DNA of 64,000 nucleotides from Candidatus Enterousia sp. (GTDB lineage Bacteria; Pseudomonadota; Alphaproteobacteria; Rs-D84): NCBI GenBank assembly GCA_045635585.1, contig JAZTWA010000001.1, positions 28 to 64,027 of the forward strand, read 5' to 3'. Shown piece by piece: positions 55,101 to 64,000 of this stretch (position 1 is its first letter; each line of letters starts with the position of its first letter). The notes under the pieces were generated by a model. It saw only the letters and a program-made list of their open reading frames with translations, ran no database searches and was not told where the DNA came from. The position numbers and the translations under genes were made by a program.

Positions 55101-56273
55101 AAAGGTTTCGCAGACCAAATATTCCAAATTGCGGAAAACATGGTTATCGAATCCGGTACGGGCAGTTTGAAACCATTCGTTGGTAAAAAGTTAACGGGTG
55201 AAGTCTTTGATGGCATACGTTCTGTAGATGTCAAGAAATTGGTTGTTAAAAATAAAGAAGCGCAGGCAAAGATTGATGAATTGCGTGAACAACATGTCTT
55301 GAAATTGAAATTGTTGAACGAAAAAGCCGATGCCGAAGTTGCCAAAGCAACAGAAAGCAATTCTTTGAATGCCGGTGTATTAAAAGAAGTAAAAGTATAT
55401 ATCGCGCATAAAATGAAATTACAGCCTGGGGATAAAATGGCGGGTCGTCATGGAAACAAGGGTATTGTATCCAAGGTTGTTCCTGTTGAAGACATGCCAC
55501 ACTTGGCAGACGGTACACCGGTTGACATTGTATTAAATCCATTGGGTGTGCCATCACGTATGAACATTGGTCAGATTTTGGAAACCCACCTTGGTATGGC
55601 TGCACGTACATTGGGTGCACAAATTGGTGCGGTTCTGGATGAAGTCAAGGCCAAGCGTGCGGTAACAGATGATTTGCGCAACATCATGGGCAAGGTTTAT
55701 GGTAAAGAAACGGCTGAAAAACTGGAAAAAATGACAGATACAGACGTTCGTGCCCAGGCAGCATTGTTGCGTGATGGTGTTCCAATGGCAACGCCAACAT
55801 TTGATGGTGCGACCCCAGAAGATATTCGCAGTATGTTGACATTGGCGGGATTACCAGAAACGGGTCAGTTTGACTTGTACGATGGTATGACGGGTGAAAA
55901 ATTTGCACGTCCTGTAACCGTTGGTGTTATGTACATGTTGAAATTGCATCACTTTGTGGATGAAAAGATTCACGCACGTTCAACTGGTAACTATTCATTA
56001 GTTACACAGCAACCATTGTCTGGTAAAGCCCACATGGGTGGCCAGCGTTTGGGGGAAATGGAAGTATGGGCATTAGAAGCACATGGTGCGGCACACTTGT
56101 TGCGTGAAATGTTGACTGTGAAATCTGACGATATCACTGGCCGAAACAAGATGTATGAATCCATCATTTCTGGCAACAATGATATCCAGACCGGTACCCC
56201 AGAAGCCTTTAACGTATTCGTTCGCGAATTGCGTGGATTGGGTCTGGCGATGACACCAAAAAAAATTGATTAG
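52137..56273 (+). CDS. rpoB: DNA-directed RNA polymerase subunit beta
   Basis: Start at MAVIQKIRKSFGK, preceded by AAGGA. Conserved regions include GPGGLNRERAG, NMQRQ, and KMAGRHGNKG. Confidence 0.98.
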   Translation: MAVIQKIRKSFGKSFLQTPLPDLVEIQYNSYKDFLQADVEPQSRKNKGLQNVFSSMFPIKDYAGIADLEFVEYTLDKPVYNVKECMLRNMTYSSKLKLKLRLILWDVAEDGKKTLRDIKEQEIFMGEVPLMTERGSFIASGVERVIVSQMHRAQGVVFATTKESKIAGNPVTYTARIIPEHGSWIDFEESKGVIYVRIDRRRKVPATVLLRCLPSCEDEKKWLAEPRKPSIRGMSDTEILSAFYKRIPLSFDGKLWVGDTESFEGLDKYRLNYDLINPKDKKVIASKGDRLNAKRMKKLLDASKKFGIMPETLVGEYLFDPVMSGDEVVFPAGTEITEDVLNDLDKMNVKEISLISIDNATISAHMRNTLLADKTTNREEALIEVYNIIRPGERPTLEAAINLFMRQGFEPAYYDLSAVGRFKMNKRLKIDSGKKPEDERLLTKADFLAVLKTLTNIIDRKDTVDDIDNLSNRRVRTVGELLEQNFRTGMVRIERLVRESLSSPNIANMQPQDVINVKPLMSLVSEFLGTSQLSQFMDAYNPLSELEHKRLISALGPGGLNRERAGIDVRDVHPTHYGRLCPIHTPEGANIGLINHLSSYARVNPYGFIETPYYVVENGRITDKMVYLTADEELGHKIAQGNTPTTKDGILSEDTVTARVDGEFTMVAKEEIDLIDVEPRQVVSIATGLIPFVENDDANRALMGSNMQRQGVPLLRVQAPLVGTGIEREVARDSRTGKVAKHSGIVESVDANRIVVKCMNSRNVVTGVDIYNLEKFERSNSETIIHQKPLVKVGDRISAGDIIADGSSMNYGELALGRNVLVAFMPWRGYNYEDSIVISEKISRDDVFTSVKIVEKEFKVRDTQLGPEALTRDIPNVGEEALKNLDESGIIYVGARVKQGDILIGRVSPKSETLLTPEEALLRNIFGEKALNVKDTSLRVGPNEEGTVIGVNVLTRHGVKKDERTQMIELQKIEKINKDREEEIAIIEKGFADQIFQIAENMVIESGTGSLKPFVGKKLTGEVFDGIRSVDVKKLVVKNKEAQAKIDELREQHVLKLKLLNEKADAEVAKATESNSLNAGVLKEVKVYIAHKMKLQPGDKMAGRHGNKGIVSKVVPVEDMPHLADGTPVDIVLNPLGVPSRMNIGQILETHLGMAARTLGAQIGAVLDEVKAKRAVTDDLRNIMGKVYGKETAEKLEKMTDTDVRAQAALLRDGVPMATPTFDGATPEDIRSMLTLAGLPETGQFDLYDGMTGEKFARPVTVGVMYMLKLHHFVDEKIHARSTGNYSLVTQQPLSGKAHMGGQRLGEMEVWALEAHGAAHLLREMLTVKSDDITGRNKMYESIISGNNDIQTGTPEAFNVFVRELRGLGLAMTPKKID

Positions 56274-56330
56274 TGGTTAGATTCCGAACCCTGCAATGGG
56301 TTCGGAACTGGCAACTAATACTAACCACTA
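56271..56330 (+). other. Nested stem-loop in the rpoB-rpoC spacer
   Basis: Outer stem TAGTGGTTAG/CTAACCACTA encloses inner hairpin TTCCGAACCC-TGCAAT-GGGTTCGGAA. Confidence 0.5.
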
Positions 56331-56366
56331 ACAAACTCTTTAAGCGACTGAAAGGAGCGAAATATA

Positions 56367-59300
56367 ATGAGCAATATGTTGCAAAAGATATTCGGACAAA
56401 TTGAAACCAAGGAACAATTTGATGCCTTGCGTATTACGATTGCGTCCCCCGAAGAAATTTTGTCTTGGTCACATGGCGAAGTTAAAAAACCAGAAACAAT
56501 TAACTATCATTCCATGAAACCAGAAGCCGAAGGTCTGTTCTGCCAACAGATTTTTGGACCGGTCAAAGATTATGAATGTGCCTGCGGAAAATATAAAAGA
56601 ATCAAATATCGTGGTGTTGTCTGTGAACGTTGCGGTGTAGAAGTTGGTTCTTCGGCTGTTCGTCGTGAACGCATGGGACATATTAAATTGGCAATGCCTG
56701 TTGCGCATACATGGTTCTTGCGCGAAGGTAAAATTGCGACATTGTTGAATAACTTGCCACAAAAGAAATTGGAACAGGTTATTTCATATGATGCATATAT
56801 TGTTATCGAACCTGGATTAACAAATTTGAAACAATATGATGTCATCAGCGAAGATGAATATCAGGCTGCTGTTGAAGAATTTGGTGCAGACGCATTCCAT
56901 GTTGGAATCGGTGCCGAAGGTATTCGTAGCATTATCGCAAATTTGGATATGGGCGATGAACGTACACGCCTGCGTGCAGAATTATCAGAAACAAAATCCG
57001 AAGCAAAACGCAAAGGCTTGATTAAACAATTAAAGTTGGTTGAAGCATTCTTGGATTCCAAAACAGAACCAGCATGGATGATGCCTGATATTATTCCTGT
57101 TATCCCACCAGATATGCGTCCATTGGTTACATTGGATGCGGGACATGTTGCGGCATCTGATTTGAACGATTTGTATCGTCGCGTTATTATCCGTAATAAC
57201 CGTTTGAAACGTTTTATGGATATGCATGCACCTGATATCATTATCCGTAACGAAAAACGTATGTTGCAAGAAGCGGTTGATTCATTGTTCGACAACGGAC
57301 ACAAGGCGCGTCCAATGGTTTCACAAAACCGTCGTCCATTGAAATCATTATCTGATTCATTACGTGGTAAATCCGGTCGTTTCCGTATGAACATGTTGGG
57401 TAAACGTGTGGATTATTCTGGCCGTTCTGTTATTGTGTCTGGTCCAACACTGAAATTGCATCAGGTTGGTTTGCCAAAGACAATGGCATTGGAATTGTTC
57501 AAACCATTTGTTTTTGCGCGTTTGTTGGCTGGTGATCATGCAAACACGTTGAAAACTGCACGCAAAATGGTTGAAAATGGCGAAGATATCGTATGGGAAA
57601 TGCTGGAAAAAGTTATCCATGAACATCCTGTATTGTTAAATCGTGCGCCAACTTTGCACCGTTTGTCTTTGTTGGCCTTTGAACCAGTTTTGATTGAAGG
57701 CAAGGCAATTCGTTTGCATCCATTGGTATGTAAGGGCTTTAATGCTGACTTTGACGGTGACCAGATGTCTGTTCACGTACCAATTTCATTGGAAGCACAG
57801 CTGGAAGCACGTACATTGATGCTGTCATCGAACAACGTATTGTCGCCTGCAAACGGTGAACCAATGATTGTTCCATCACAAGACATGGTATTGGGTGTTT
57901 ACTACATTTCATTGATTGATGGTGAACATACCGAAAAATCACCACGTTTTGCAAATATGGACGAAGTAAAATTGGCGTTGGAAAACAAAGCAATTACATT
58001 GCATACACCAATTATTTCTCGTATCAATGGCAAGACATATAAAACAACTGCGGGTCGTATGATTTTGGGTGAATTATTGCCAAAATCAGACAAAATGCCA
58101 TTTGATTTGGTAAACAAGGTTATGCCAGTAAAAGAAATCAAGGCTTTGTTGGCAACAACATACGAACGCTGTGGTGACAAAGAAACAATTTTGTTGGCTG
58201 ACGCATTAAAGAACACTGGTTTTGAACAGGCTGCACGCAGTGGTATTTCCATTGGTTATGACGATATTGTTATTCCAGAAGAAAAGAAAACCATTATTGC
58301 AGAATCTGAACGCGCGGCCGAAGAAATCGAAGAACAATATCAGAACGGTTTGTTATCTGGTGGTGAACGTTATAACAAACTGGTTGATATGTGGCAGAAA
58401 ACAACCGATAAATTGGGTGATATGGCGTATGCTGCGCTGGGTAAATCATCTGGCGACAACTGGAATTCTGTATATATGATGGCGTTGTCTGGGGCTCGTG
58501 GTTCCAAACGTCAGATTCAGCAGTTGGCAGGTATGCGTGGTATGATGCAGAAACCAGACGGTTCTATTATCGAAGTTCCAATTATTTCGAACTTTAAAGA
58601 AGGTCTGACCATGTCTGAATACTTTACATCCACCCACGGTGCGCGTAAAGGTATGTCGGATACGGCTTTGAAAACTGCTGACGCTGGATACTTGACACGT
58701 CGTTTGGTTGAATTGGCACAGAATACAGTTATTACAGAACATGATTGTGGTACAACAGAATATATCACTGCAAAACCTGTATATTCTGGTTCGACATTGT
58801 CTGTTGCATTGGGTGATGTTGTATTAGGACGTACAGCGGCACGTGATATTATACACCCAATCACCAAGGAATTAATTGTTCCAGCGGGCGAATTAATTAC
58901 CAAGGCTGCAGCCAAGGCGATTAATGAATCTGGTTTACCATCTGTTGATGTTCGCAGTGTTCTGACATGCTGTTCAGACGGTCTGTGTGCAAAATGTTAT
59001 GGTATGGATTTGTCGCGTAATGCATTGGTACATGTCGGCGAAGCGGTTGGTGTTATTGCTGGTCAGTCGATTGGTGAACCTGGTACCCAGTTGACGTTGC
59101 GTACCTTCCACATTGGTGGGGTTGCGGCTGGTGGTGCCGAAAGTCACTTTATCGAAGTACCTGTTGCAGGTAACATCAAATTGATTGACGTTAACACAAT
59201 TAAAAACAGTGCTGGTCGTATCGTTGTATTAAGCCGTAATGGTAAATTGGCGGTTGTTGACAACGAAGGCAAAGAATTATTCAGCAGCAATTTGCCATAT

Positions 59301-60476
59301 GCATCTATGTTGATTGTTAACGACGGTGATGCCGTTGAAAAGGGTACCAAGGTTGCAGAATGGGATCCATATTCAAACACAATCATCGCAGAAAAAGATG
59401 GTATCGTTAACTTTAATGACTTGATTGAAAATGTATCTTATCAGGAAGAAGTTGATTCTATGACAGGTATCGTTTCACGCAAGGTTATTAACTGGAAAAC
59501 GAACACGAAAAAGGCATTAAAACCTGCTATTACATTGGTTGATTCCAAAGGCGAAGTCATCAGTTTGGGTGGTAAAAAGATTGCGGAATATCTGTTACCA
59601 ATCTATTCTGTATTGAATGTTGCAAATGGCGACAGTGTTGTTGCGGGTGACGTAATTGCACGTATCCCTGTACAGGCAAAACGTACAGGCGATATTACCG
59701 GTGGTTTGCCACGTGTTAACGAATTGTTAGAAGTACGCCGTCCAACCAATCCTGCGTTATTGGCAGAAATTGACGGTACGATTGATTTGGAAGATGCAAA
59801 ATCCAAGATAATTATTCGTATTGAACCAGATGATGGTACTGCGCCGGTTGAATATGCTGTGCCAAAGGGAACTAACCTGTTGGTACGCAGTGGCGATATC
59901 GTTAAAAAGGCTGATAAATTGGTTGATGGTGATCCAGTTCCACAAGATATCTTGCGCATCTTGGGTCAAAAAGCTTTGGCGACATTTATGGTTGACCAGA
60001 TTCAGCAGGTTTATCGTCTGCAGGGTGTAACCATCAACGACAAGCATATTGAAATTTTGATACGTGAAATGACACGTCGTGTTGAAATCACAAATCCTGG
60101 TGACACCGGATTCTTGATGGGTCAGGTTGTTGATCGTGTTGATTTAGAAGAAGAAAATGCACGCGTGGCACGTGATGGTGGTAATGTTGCAACCGCATCC
60201 CAAGTGCTGGTTGGCTTGACACGTGCATCATTGACATCACGTTCATTTATTTCAAACGCATCGTTCCAACAGACAACCAAAGTGTTGGTTGACGCGGCAA
60301 TCAGTGGTTCAACCGATAAATTGGTCGGTATTAATGAAAACTTGATTGTTGGTCGTCTGATTCCAATTGGAACAGGTGCATATGTCCGTCGTGTGCGTGA
60401 AATTGCCAAAGAAGAAGAAAAGGCAGAAAAATTGGCACGCCAAGGCAATGGCCAGCAACAATTGTTGGATATATAA
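56367..60476 (+). CDS. rpoC: DNA-directed RNA polymerase subunit beta'
   Basis: Zn-finger CACGKYKRIKYRGVVCERCG, catalytic NADFDGDQM, and the trigger-loop region. Confidence 0.98.
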   Translation: MSNMLQKIFGQIETKEQFDALRITIASPEEILSWSHGEVKKPETINYHSMKPEAEGLFCQQIFGPVKDYECACGKYKRIKYRGVVCERCGVEVGSSAVRRERMGHIKLAMPVAHTWFLREGKIATLLNNLPQKKLEQVISYDAYIVIEPGLTNLKQYDVISEDEYQAAVEEFGADAFHVGIGAEGIRSIIANLDMGDERTRLRAELSETKSEAKRKGLIKQLKLVEAFLDSKTEPAWMMPDIIPVIPPDMRPLVTLDAGHVAASDLNDLYRRVIIRNNRLKRFMDMHAPDIIIRNEKRMLQEAVDSLFDNGHKARPMVSQNRRPLKSLSDSLRGKSGRFRMNMLGKRVDYSGRSVIVSGPTLKLHQVGLPKTMALELFKPFVFARLLAGDHANTLKTARKMVENGEDIVWEMLEKVIHEHPVLLNRAPTLHRLSLLAFEPVLIEGKAIRLHPLVCKGFNADFDGDQMSVHVPISLEAQLEARTLMLSSNNVLSPANGEPMIVPSQDMVLGVYYISLIDGEHTEKSPRFANMDEVKLALENKAITLHTPIISRINGKTYKTTAGRMILGELLPKSDKMPFDLVNKVMPVKEIKALLATTYERCGDKETILLADALKNTGFEQAARSGISIGYDDIVIPEEKKTIIAESERAAEEIEEQYQNGLLSGGERYNKLVDMWQKTTDKLGDMAYAALGKSSGDNWNSVYMMALSGARGSKRQIQQLAGMRGMMQKPDGSIIEVPIISNFKEGLTMSEYFTSTHGARKGMSDTALKTADAGYLTRRLVELAQNTVITEHDCGTTEYITAKPVYSGSTLSVALGDVVLGRTAARDIIHPITKELIVPAGELITKAAAKAINESGLPSVDVRSVLTCCSDGLCAKCYGMDLSRNALVHVGEAVGVIAGQSIGEPGTQLTLRTFHIGGVAAGGAESHFIEVPVAGNIKLIDVNTIKNSAGRIVVLSRNGKLAVVDNEGKELFSSNLPYASMLIVNDGDAVEKGTKVAEWDPYSNTIIAEKDGIVNFNDLIENVSYQEEVDSMTGIVSRKVINWKTNTKKALKPAITLVDSKGEVISLGGKKIAEYLLPIYSVLNVANGDSVVAGDVIARIPVQAKRTGDITGGLPRVNELLEVRRPTNPALLAEIDGTIDLEDAKSKIIIRIEPDDGTAPVEYAVPKGTNLLVRSGDIVKKADKLVDGDPVPQDILRILGQKALATFMVDQIQQVYRLQGVTINDKHIEILIREMTRRVEITNPGDTGFLMGQVVDRVDLEEENARVARDGGNVATASQVLVGLTRASLTSRSFISNASFQQTTKVLVDAAISGSTDKLVGINENLIVGRLIPIGTGAYVRRVREIAKEEEKAEKLARQGNGQQQLLDI

Positions 60477-60587
60477 TACGCATGTATCTGGGGGCAATTT
60501 GTCCCCCAGATATAAAAGCAAAAGTTTTTCTTGCAAATTGTCAATATTTGAATAAAATAGGACAGTTATAAATAAAAGGATAGAAAA

Positions 60588-60737
60588 ATGGCAACGCCAA
60601 AAAGTAAAACAAGTAAAGCACGTTCTGCACAACGTCGTTCACACGATGCATTGTCTGTAATGCCATGCGGTGTATGCAAAACATGTGGCGAAAAGAAACG
60701 TCCACATCACGTTTGCTCTGCATGTGGTGCGAAATAA
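60588..60737 (+). CDS. rpmF: 50S ribosomal protein L32 (49 aa; below the ORF-track cutoff)
   Basis: MATPKSKTSKARSAQRRSHDALSVMPCGVCKTCGEKKRPHHVCSACGAK matches the L32 consensus (MAVPKRKTS..RR..RRSH..L......C..CGE...PH.VC). Precedes plsX, as is typical. Confidence 0.92.
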   Translation: MATPKSKTSKARSAQRRSHDALSVMPCGVCKTCGEKKRPHHVCSACGAK

Positions 60738-60817
60738 TTGTTTGGAATATAACCAAAAAGGAATAAAAGGCAGAAGCACGTCATACCTTGGTGTTGTTTC
60801 TGCTTTTTTTATGCATT

Positions 60818-61882
60818 ATGTCAGAAGATAAAAAAATTATTGCTATTGATGCCATGGGGGGCGACAAGGGCCCTAATGCGGTGTTGGGTGGAATGAACCA
60901 GTATTTGTATCAAAATGGTGAAAATAATATTGCGTTTCGTCTGTTTGGCGATGAAAAGAAATTACGCAAATTAATGGCAAAGTATCCACGTGTTGCTCGT
61001 AATACAGAAGTGATTCATGCGCCAAATGTAATCAAGGGAACCGATAAAGTTATGGACGTTTTGCGTCATGCCCAAGATACGTCTATGTATATGGCAATCA
61101 AGGACGTACGCGAAGGAAATTCTGCGGCGGTTATCAGTGCGGGTAATACGGGTATTTTAATGTCATTATCAAAATTGGCGTTAAAGACAATTGATGGTAT
61201 ATCTCGTCCGGCTATAACAACGATGTTACCATCGGGTGCTGGGGACAGTCGTGTTGTTGTCTTGGATTTGGGGGCAAACGTTCATTGTGATGAATCTATA
61301 TTATTTGATTTTGCCGTACTGGGCAGTGTTTATGCCGAAGTTGTTGGTAAAATGCCACGTCCAAAATTGGGTGTTTTGAATATCGGTTCCGAAGAAACCA
61401 AGGGTAATGATACCTTGATACATTTGAACAAGGTGCTGACAGAAAATAAAGACAAATTGCCATATGATTATATTGGTTTTGTCGAAGCCAATGATATCAG
61501 TGCTGGTCGTGTTCAGGTTGTTGTTACAGATGGCTTTACGGGCAATATCGTGTTAAAGACGGTCGAAGGTACTGCGAAATTAATAAAACGTGTAATTGTT
61601 GAAAACTTCAAAAAGTCTATTTTGGCAATTATTGGTGCGTTTTTCTTGGTTCATGTATTTAAACGTTTGAAACATAAAATCGATCCGCGTTCATATGCGG
61701 GCGCGACATTTTTGGGGTTGCGTGGTTTTGCATTTAAAACCCATGGTAATAGTGATGCGTTGGCATTTGCGAATTCCATTCGTTATGCGGCTGATTTAAC
61801 CAAGGCAAATTTGAACGGGTTAATTGAAGAACGTGCGCGTGCGCTGGCAGATGTGCGTTCTAAATTACAAGAAGATAAATAA
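60818..61882 (+). CDS. plsX: Phosphate acyltransferase PlsX
   Basis: IAIDAMGGDKGP, ISAGNTG, and VVTDGFTGNIVLKT. Confidence 0.93.
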   Translation: MSEDKKIIAIDAMGGDKGPNAVLGGMNQYLYQNGENNIAFRLFGDEKKLRKLMAKYPRVARNTEVIHAPNVIKGTDKVMDVLRHAQDTSMYMAIKDVREGNSAAVISAGNTGILMSLSKLALKTIDGISRPAITTMLPSGAGDSRVVVLDLGANVHCDESILFDFAVLGSVYAEVVGKMPRPKLGVLNIGSEETKGNDTLIHLNKVLTENKDKLPYDYIGFVEANDISAGRVQVVVTDGFTGNIVLKTVEGTAKLIKRVIVENFKKSILAIIGAFFLVHVFKRLKHKIDPRSYAGATFLGLRGFAFKTHGNSDALAFANSIRYAADLTKANLNGLIEERARALADVRSKLQEDK

Positions 61883-61885
61883 AAA

Positions 61886-61906
61886 ACCGCCATTTGGCGG
61901 TTTTTT
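61886..61906. terminator. Bidirectional terminator
   Basis: ACCGCC-ATTT-GGCGGT flanked by A- and T-runs, between convergent genes. Confidence 0.8.
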
Positions 61907-62465
61907 ATTCGTTTTCTTTGTGGTTCTTCATGAACAAGAATTTTGTTATACCCATTGACTTTAATTTGGTAATCGCCTTGTCGAATTTTGATGATTTATC
62001 CAGTTCTGGTGATTGTCCTTTATAAATATCTTGCAAATCTGGATCTTTAAATTCATATCGTGTATCTTTTAATCTTTTTACGTTATTGTTCTCTCTGTAT
62101 TTCATCAATGCTAAACGCCACGCTGTCAAAGCGTCCCAGTTGCCATCGCCAACAGTTAAATCACCACTTTTTGTATGTATTTTGAATTTTGATTTTTCAT
62201 AAGTTATAGAAATATCTTCACTTAGTTTTATGCTGCGTGCGGCCACCGCATTTGGATATCTGGAATCCCAATTATTAGCAACTTTATCAGGTAATCGCGG
62301 ATTTTCTCCCGGTTTATTCCGGACGATTGTGTTACCTTTTACTTTGGCATCTACTGTTTCAACGATTGCGTGTTTATTTGGATCGGTCAATGCCATAACA
62401 ACGTCTGATAAAATCTTTTTTTCTTTTGGTGTCAATTTAAAATCTTGTGCTTGTCCTATTGCCAT
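61905..62465 (-). CDS. Hypothetical protein (186 aa)
   Basis: ORF with normal composition. No signal peptide and no motif recognised. Confidence 0.45.
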   Translation of the reverse strand: MAIGQAQDFKLTPKEKKILSDVVMALTDPNKHAIVETVDAKVKGNTIVRNKPGENPRLPDKVANNWDSRYPNAVAARSIKLSEDISITYEKSKFKIHTKSGDLTVGDGNWDALTAWRLALMKYRENNNVKRLKDTRYEFKDPDLQDIYKGQSPELDKSSKFDKAITKLKSMGITKFLFMKNHKENE

Positions 62466-62507
62466 ATAATATCCTTTTTTATTGCGATAATTGTATCATA
62501 ATTTTGC

Positions 62508-62535
62508 TTGCAAAACAATAATTTTACTGTAAAAT
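62508..62535 (+). promoter_or_regulatory. Candidate promoter of rpsA
   Basis: TTGCAA, 16 nt, TAAAAT, about 70 nt upstream of the rpsA ATG. Confidence 0.35.
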
Positions 62536-62604
62536 TAGGGCTGACTTTGCGGGTGGGCGCATTGTCGGTCCGATTAACCCCACAAGACCTCGCATTGAAA
62601 AATA

Positions 62605-64000
62605 ATGGCGATGGCAAACTTTGATGAATATTTTCTTATGAAAGATTTATCCAAAGATTTATTTAATCCATTATCTGGCGAAGATTTTGTCCAGATGTTT
62701 GACACAAACTATGGTTCCCAAGAAACATTACAAGGCTATGCCACCAAAGGTACTGTAAAAGATATCCGTGGTGATTTCGCAATGGTTGATGTTGGCTTGA
62801 AATCCGAAGGTCGTGTTCCATTAAAAGAATTTGGTGCATCTGTACCATCTGTTGGTGATATTATTGACGTTTTTGTTGAACGTTATGAATCCCGCGAAGG
62901 TACTGCGGTATTGTCTTATGCCAAGGCACGTGCTGAAAAAGCATGGAAAGAATTGGAAAAGACGGTTGCCGAAGGTGTTGACCCAGAAGGTACAATTATC
63001 GATGTTGTTCGTGGTGGCTTTACTGTTGATATTAACGGTGTATTCGCATTTATGCCATCGTCACAGGTTGATCATAAACCAATCCGCGATGCAAAATCTA
63101 TGATTGGCTTAAAAGACAAATTCCGCGTATTAAAGATGCATGCATTGCGTACAAACGCAATCGTATCACGTCGCGCAATTCAATCTGATACAATTGCTGC
63201 TGCCCAGAAAGAAGCGATGAAAAATATCGAATTGGGTGCGGTTATCGAAGGTACAGTTAAAAACATCACTGATTATGGTGTGTTCATTGATTTGGGTGGT
63301 ATTGACGGTTTGTTACATGTAACAGATTTGTCATGGAAGCGTGTAAATCATCCACGTGAATTGGTACATGTTGGCGAAAAGATCAAGGTCAAAGTTATCC
63401 AATTCGACCCAGAATCACATCGTATTTCCTTGGGTGCAAAACAATTAGAAGAAGATCCATGGGAAACAGCGTCACGTGCGTTCAACGTTGGTGATACAGT
63501 ATCTGGCAAGGTTTCTTCTTTGACAGATTATGGTGCATTCATTGATTTGGGCAACAATATCGAAGGTTTGGTCCATATGTCAGAATTGTCATGGACAAAC
63601 AAAAATATTCACCCAAGCAAAGTATTGCAAAATGGTCAAGAAATCAACGTTGTTGTTTTGGGTATTGACCAAGATAAACGTCGTATTTCATTGGGTTACA
63701 AGCAACTGCAACCAAATCCATGGAAACAGTTTGCTGAAACACACAATGTTGGCGATGTAATCACAGGTCCAATTAAAAATACAACTGAATTCGGTTTGTT
63801 TGTGGCCTTGACACCAGATTTGGACGGTATGGTTCATATCTCTGATTTGTCTTGGAACAAATTGGACGAAGAAGAATTGAAAAAATTCGTTCGTGGCCAA
63901 GAAGTAACAGCGAAAATTTTGGATATCAATCCAGAAAAAGAACGCGTTACATTGGGTATCAAACAATTAACTGAAAGCGCAGAAAACAATGCTGTTTCTA
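62605..64000 (+). CDS. rpsA: 30S ribosomal protein S1 (5' part; continues beyond the window)
   Basis: Open frame to the window end, not listed in the track. Repeated S1 domains: GTVKDIRGDFAMVDVGLKSEGRVP, GTVKNITDYGVFIDLGGIDGLLHVTDLSW, GKVSSLTDYGAFIDLGNNIEGLVHMSELSW. Confidence 0.93.
   Translation, partial: MAMANFDEYFLMKDLSKDLFNPLSGEDFVQMFDTNYGSQETLQGYATKGTVKDIRGDFAMVDVGLKSEGRVPLKEFGASVPSVGDIIDVFVERYESREGTAVLSYAKARAEKAWKELEKTVAEGVDPEGTIIDVVRGGFTVDINGVFAFMPSSQVDHKPIRDAKSMIGLKDKFRVLKMHALRTNAIVSRRAIQSDTIAAAQKEAMKNIELGAVIEGTVKNITDYGVFIDLGGIDGLLHVTDLSWKRVNHPRELVHVGEKIKVKVIQFDPESHRISLGAKQLEEDPWETASRAFNVGDTVSGKVSSLTDYGAFIDLGNNIEGLVHMSELSWTNKNIHPSKVLQNGQEINVVVLGIDQDKRRISLGYKQLQPNPWKQFAETHNVGDVITGPIKNTTEFGLFVALTPDLDGMVHISDLSWNKLDEEELKKFVRGQEVTAKILDINPEKERVTLGIKQLTESAENNAVS

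Noticed and set aside
52319-60544. Numerous 60-177-aa ORFs on both strands inside rpoB and rpoC
   Set aside because: All lie within the two long, motif-rich polymerase genes. They are frame or strand shadows.
1-64000. CRISPR arrays or long tandem repeats
   Set aside because: No regularly spaced direct repeats were seen. The only repeated DNA is the paralog family, the two tRNA-end duplications and similar-looking terminator hairpins.

Overview
AT-rich bacterial chromosome segment. It is most likely from an alphaproteobacterium, because it encodes a DUF2312/GapR-type protein and has alphaproteobacterium-like housekeeping synteny. It is possibly host-associated; that part is inference only. 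The backbone is conserved: the 3' end of 5S rRNA, a rearranged dcw fragment (PBP1A-mraY-ftsW-murG), valS, rpmH, gyrA, rmuC-def-fmt-truA, comEC, pyk, then tRNA-Trp-secE-nusG-rplKAJL-rpoBC, rpmF-plsX and the start of rpsA. Two ribosomal protein genes missing from the ORF track were found by eye: rpmH (17570..17722, minus) and rpmF (60588..60737, plus). Three tRNAs were also found by eye: Glu-CTC, Gln-TTG and Trp-CCA. Four accessory regions stand out. (1) A self-contained virB8-virB9-virB10-like operon (43476..48205, minus) has unusual added domains (VirB9 + SPOR-like tail; an 813-aa VirB10 with an extra beta-rich module and a Cys-rich C-terminal tail). No T4SS ATPase, pilin or VirB6 gene is visible in the window. 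(2) Three tandem paralogous genes (14375..17531) encode secreted proteins with four invariant Cys and Gly/Ala-rich hydrophobic segments. Each gene has its own extended -10 promoter and its own terminator, and copies 1 and 2 are near-identical at the nucleotide level in the C-terminal half. (3) A small islet lies between tRNA-Glu and tRNA-Gln (21928..26368). Both tRNA 3' ends are duplicated as direct repeats, and the islet carries a leaderless subtilisin-like protease, an HExxH protein, an unknown partner protein and an APH-like kinase. (4) A marR-tolC-adaptor-RND operon has an unusually short adaptor. No CRISPR array, transposase or integrase gene was recognised. All functional calls rest on motifs I recognise in the translations; no database search was run.
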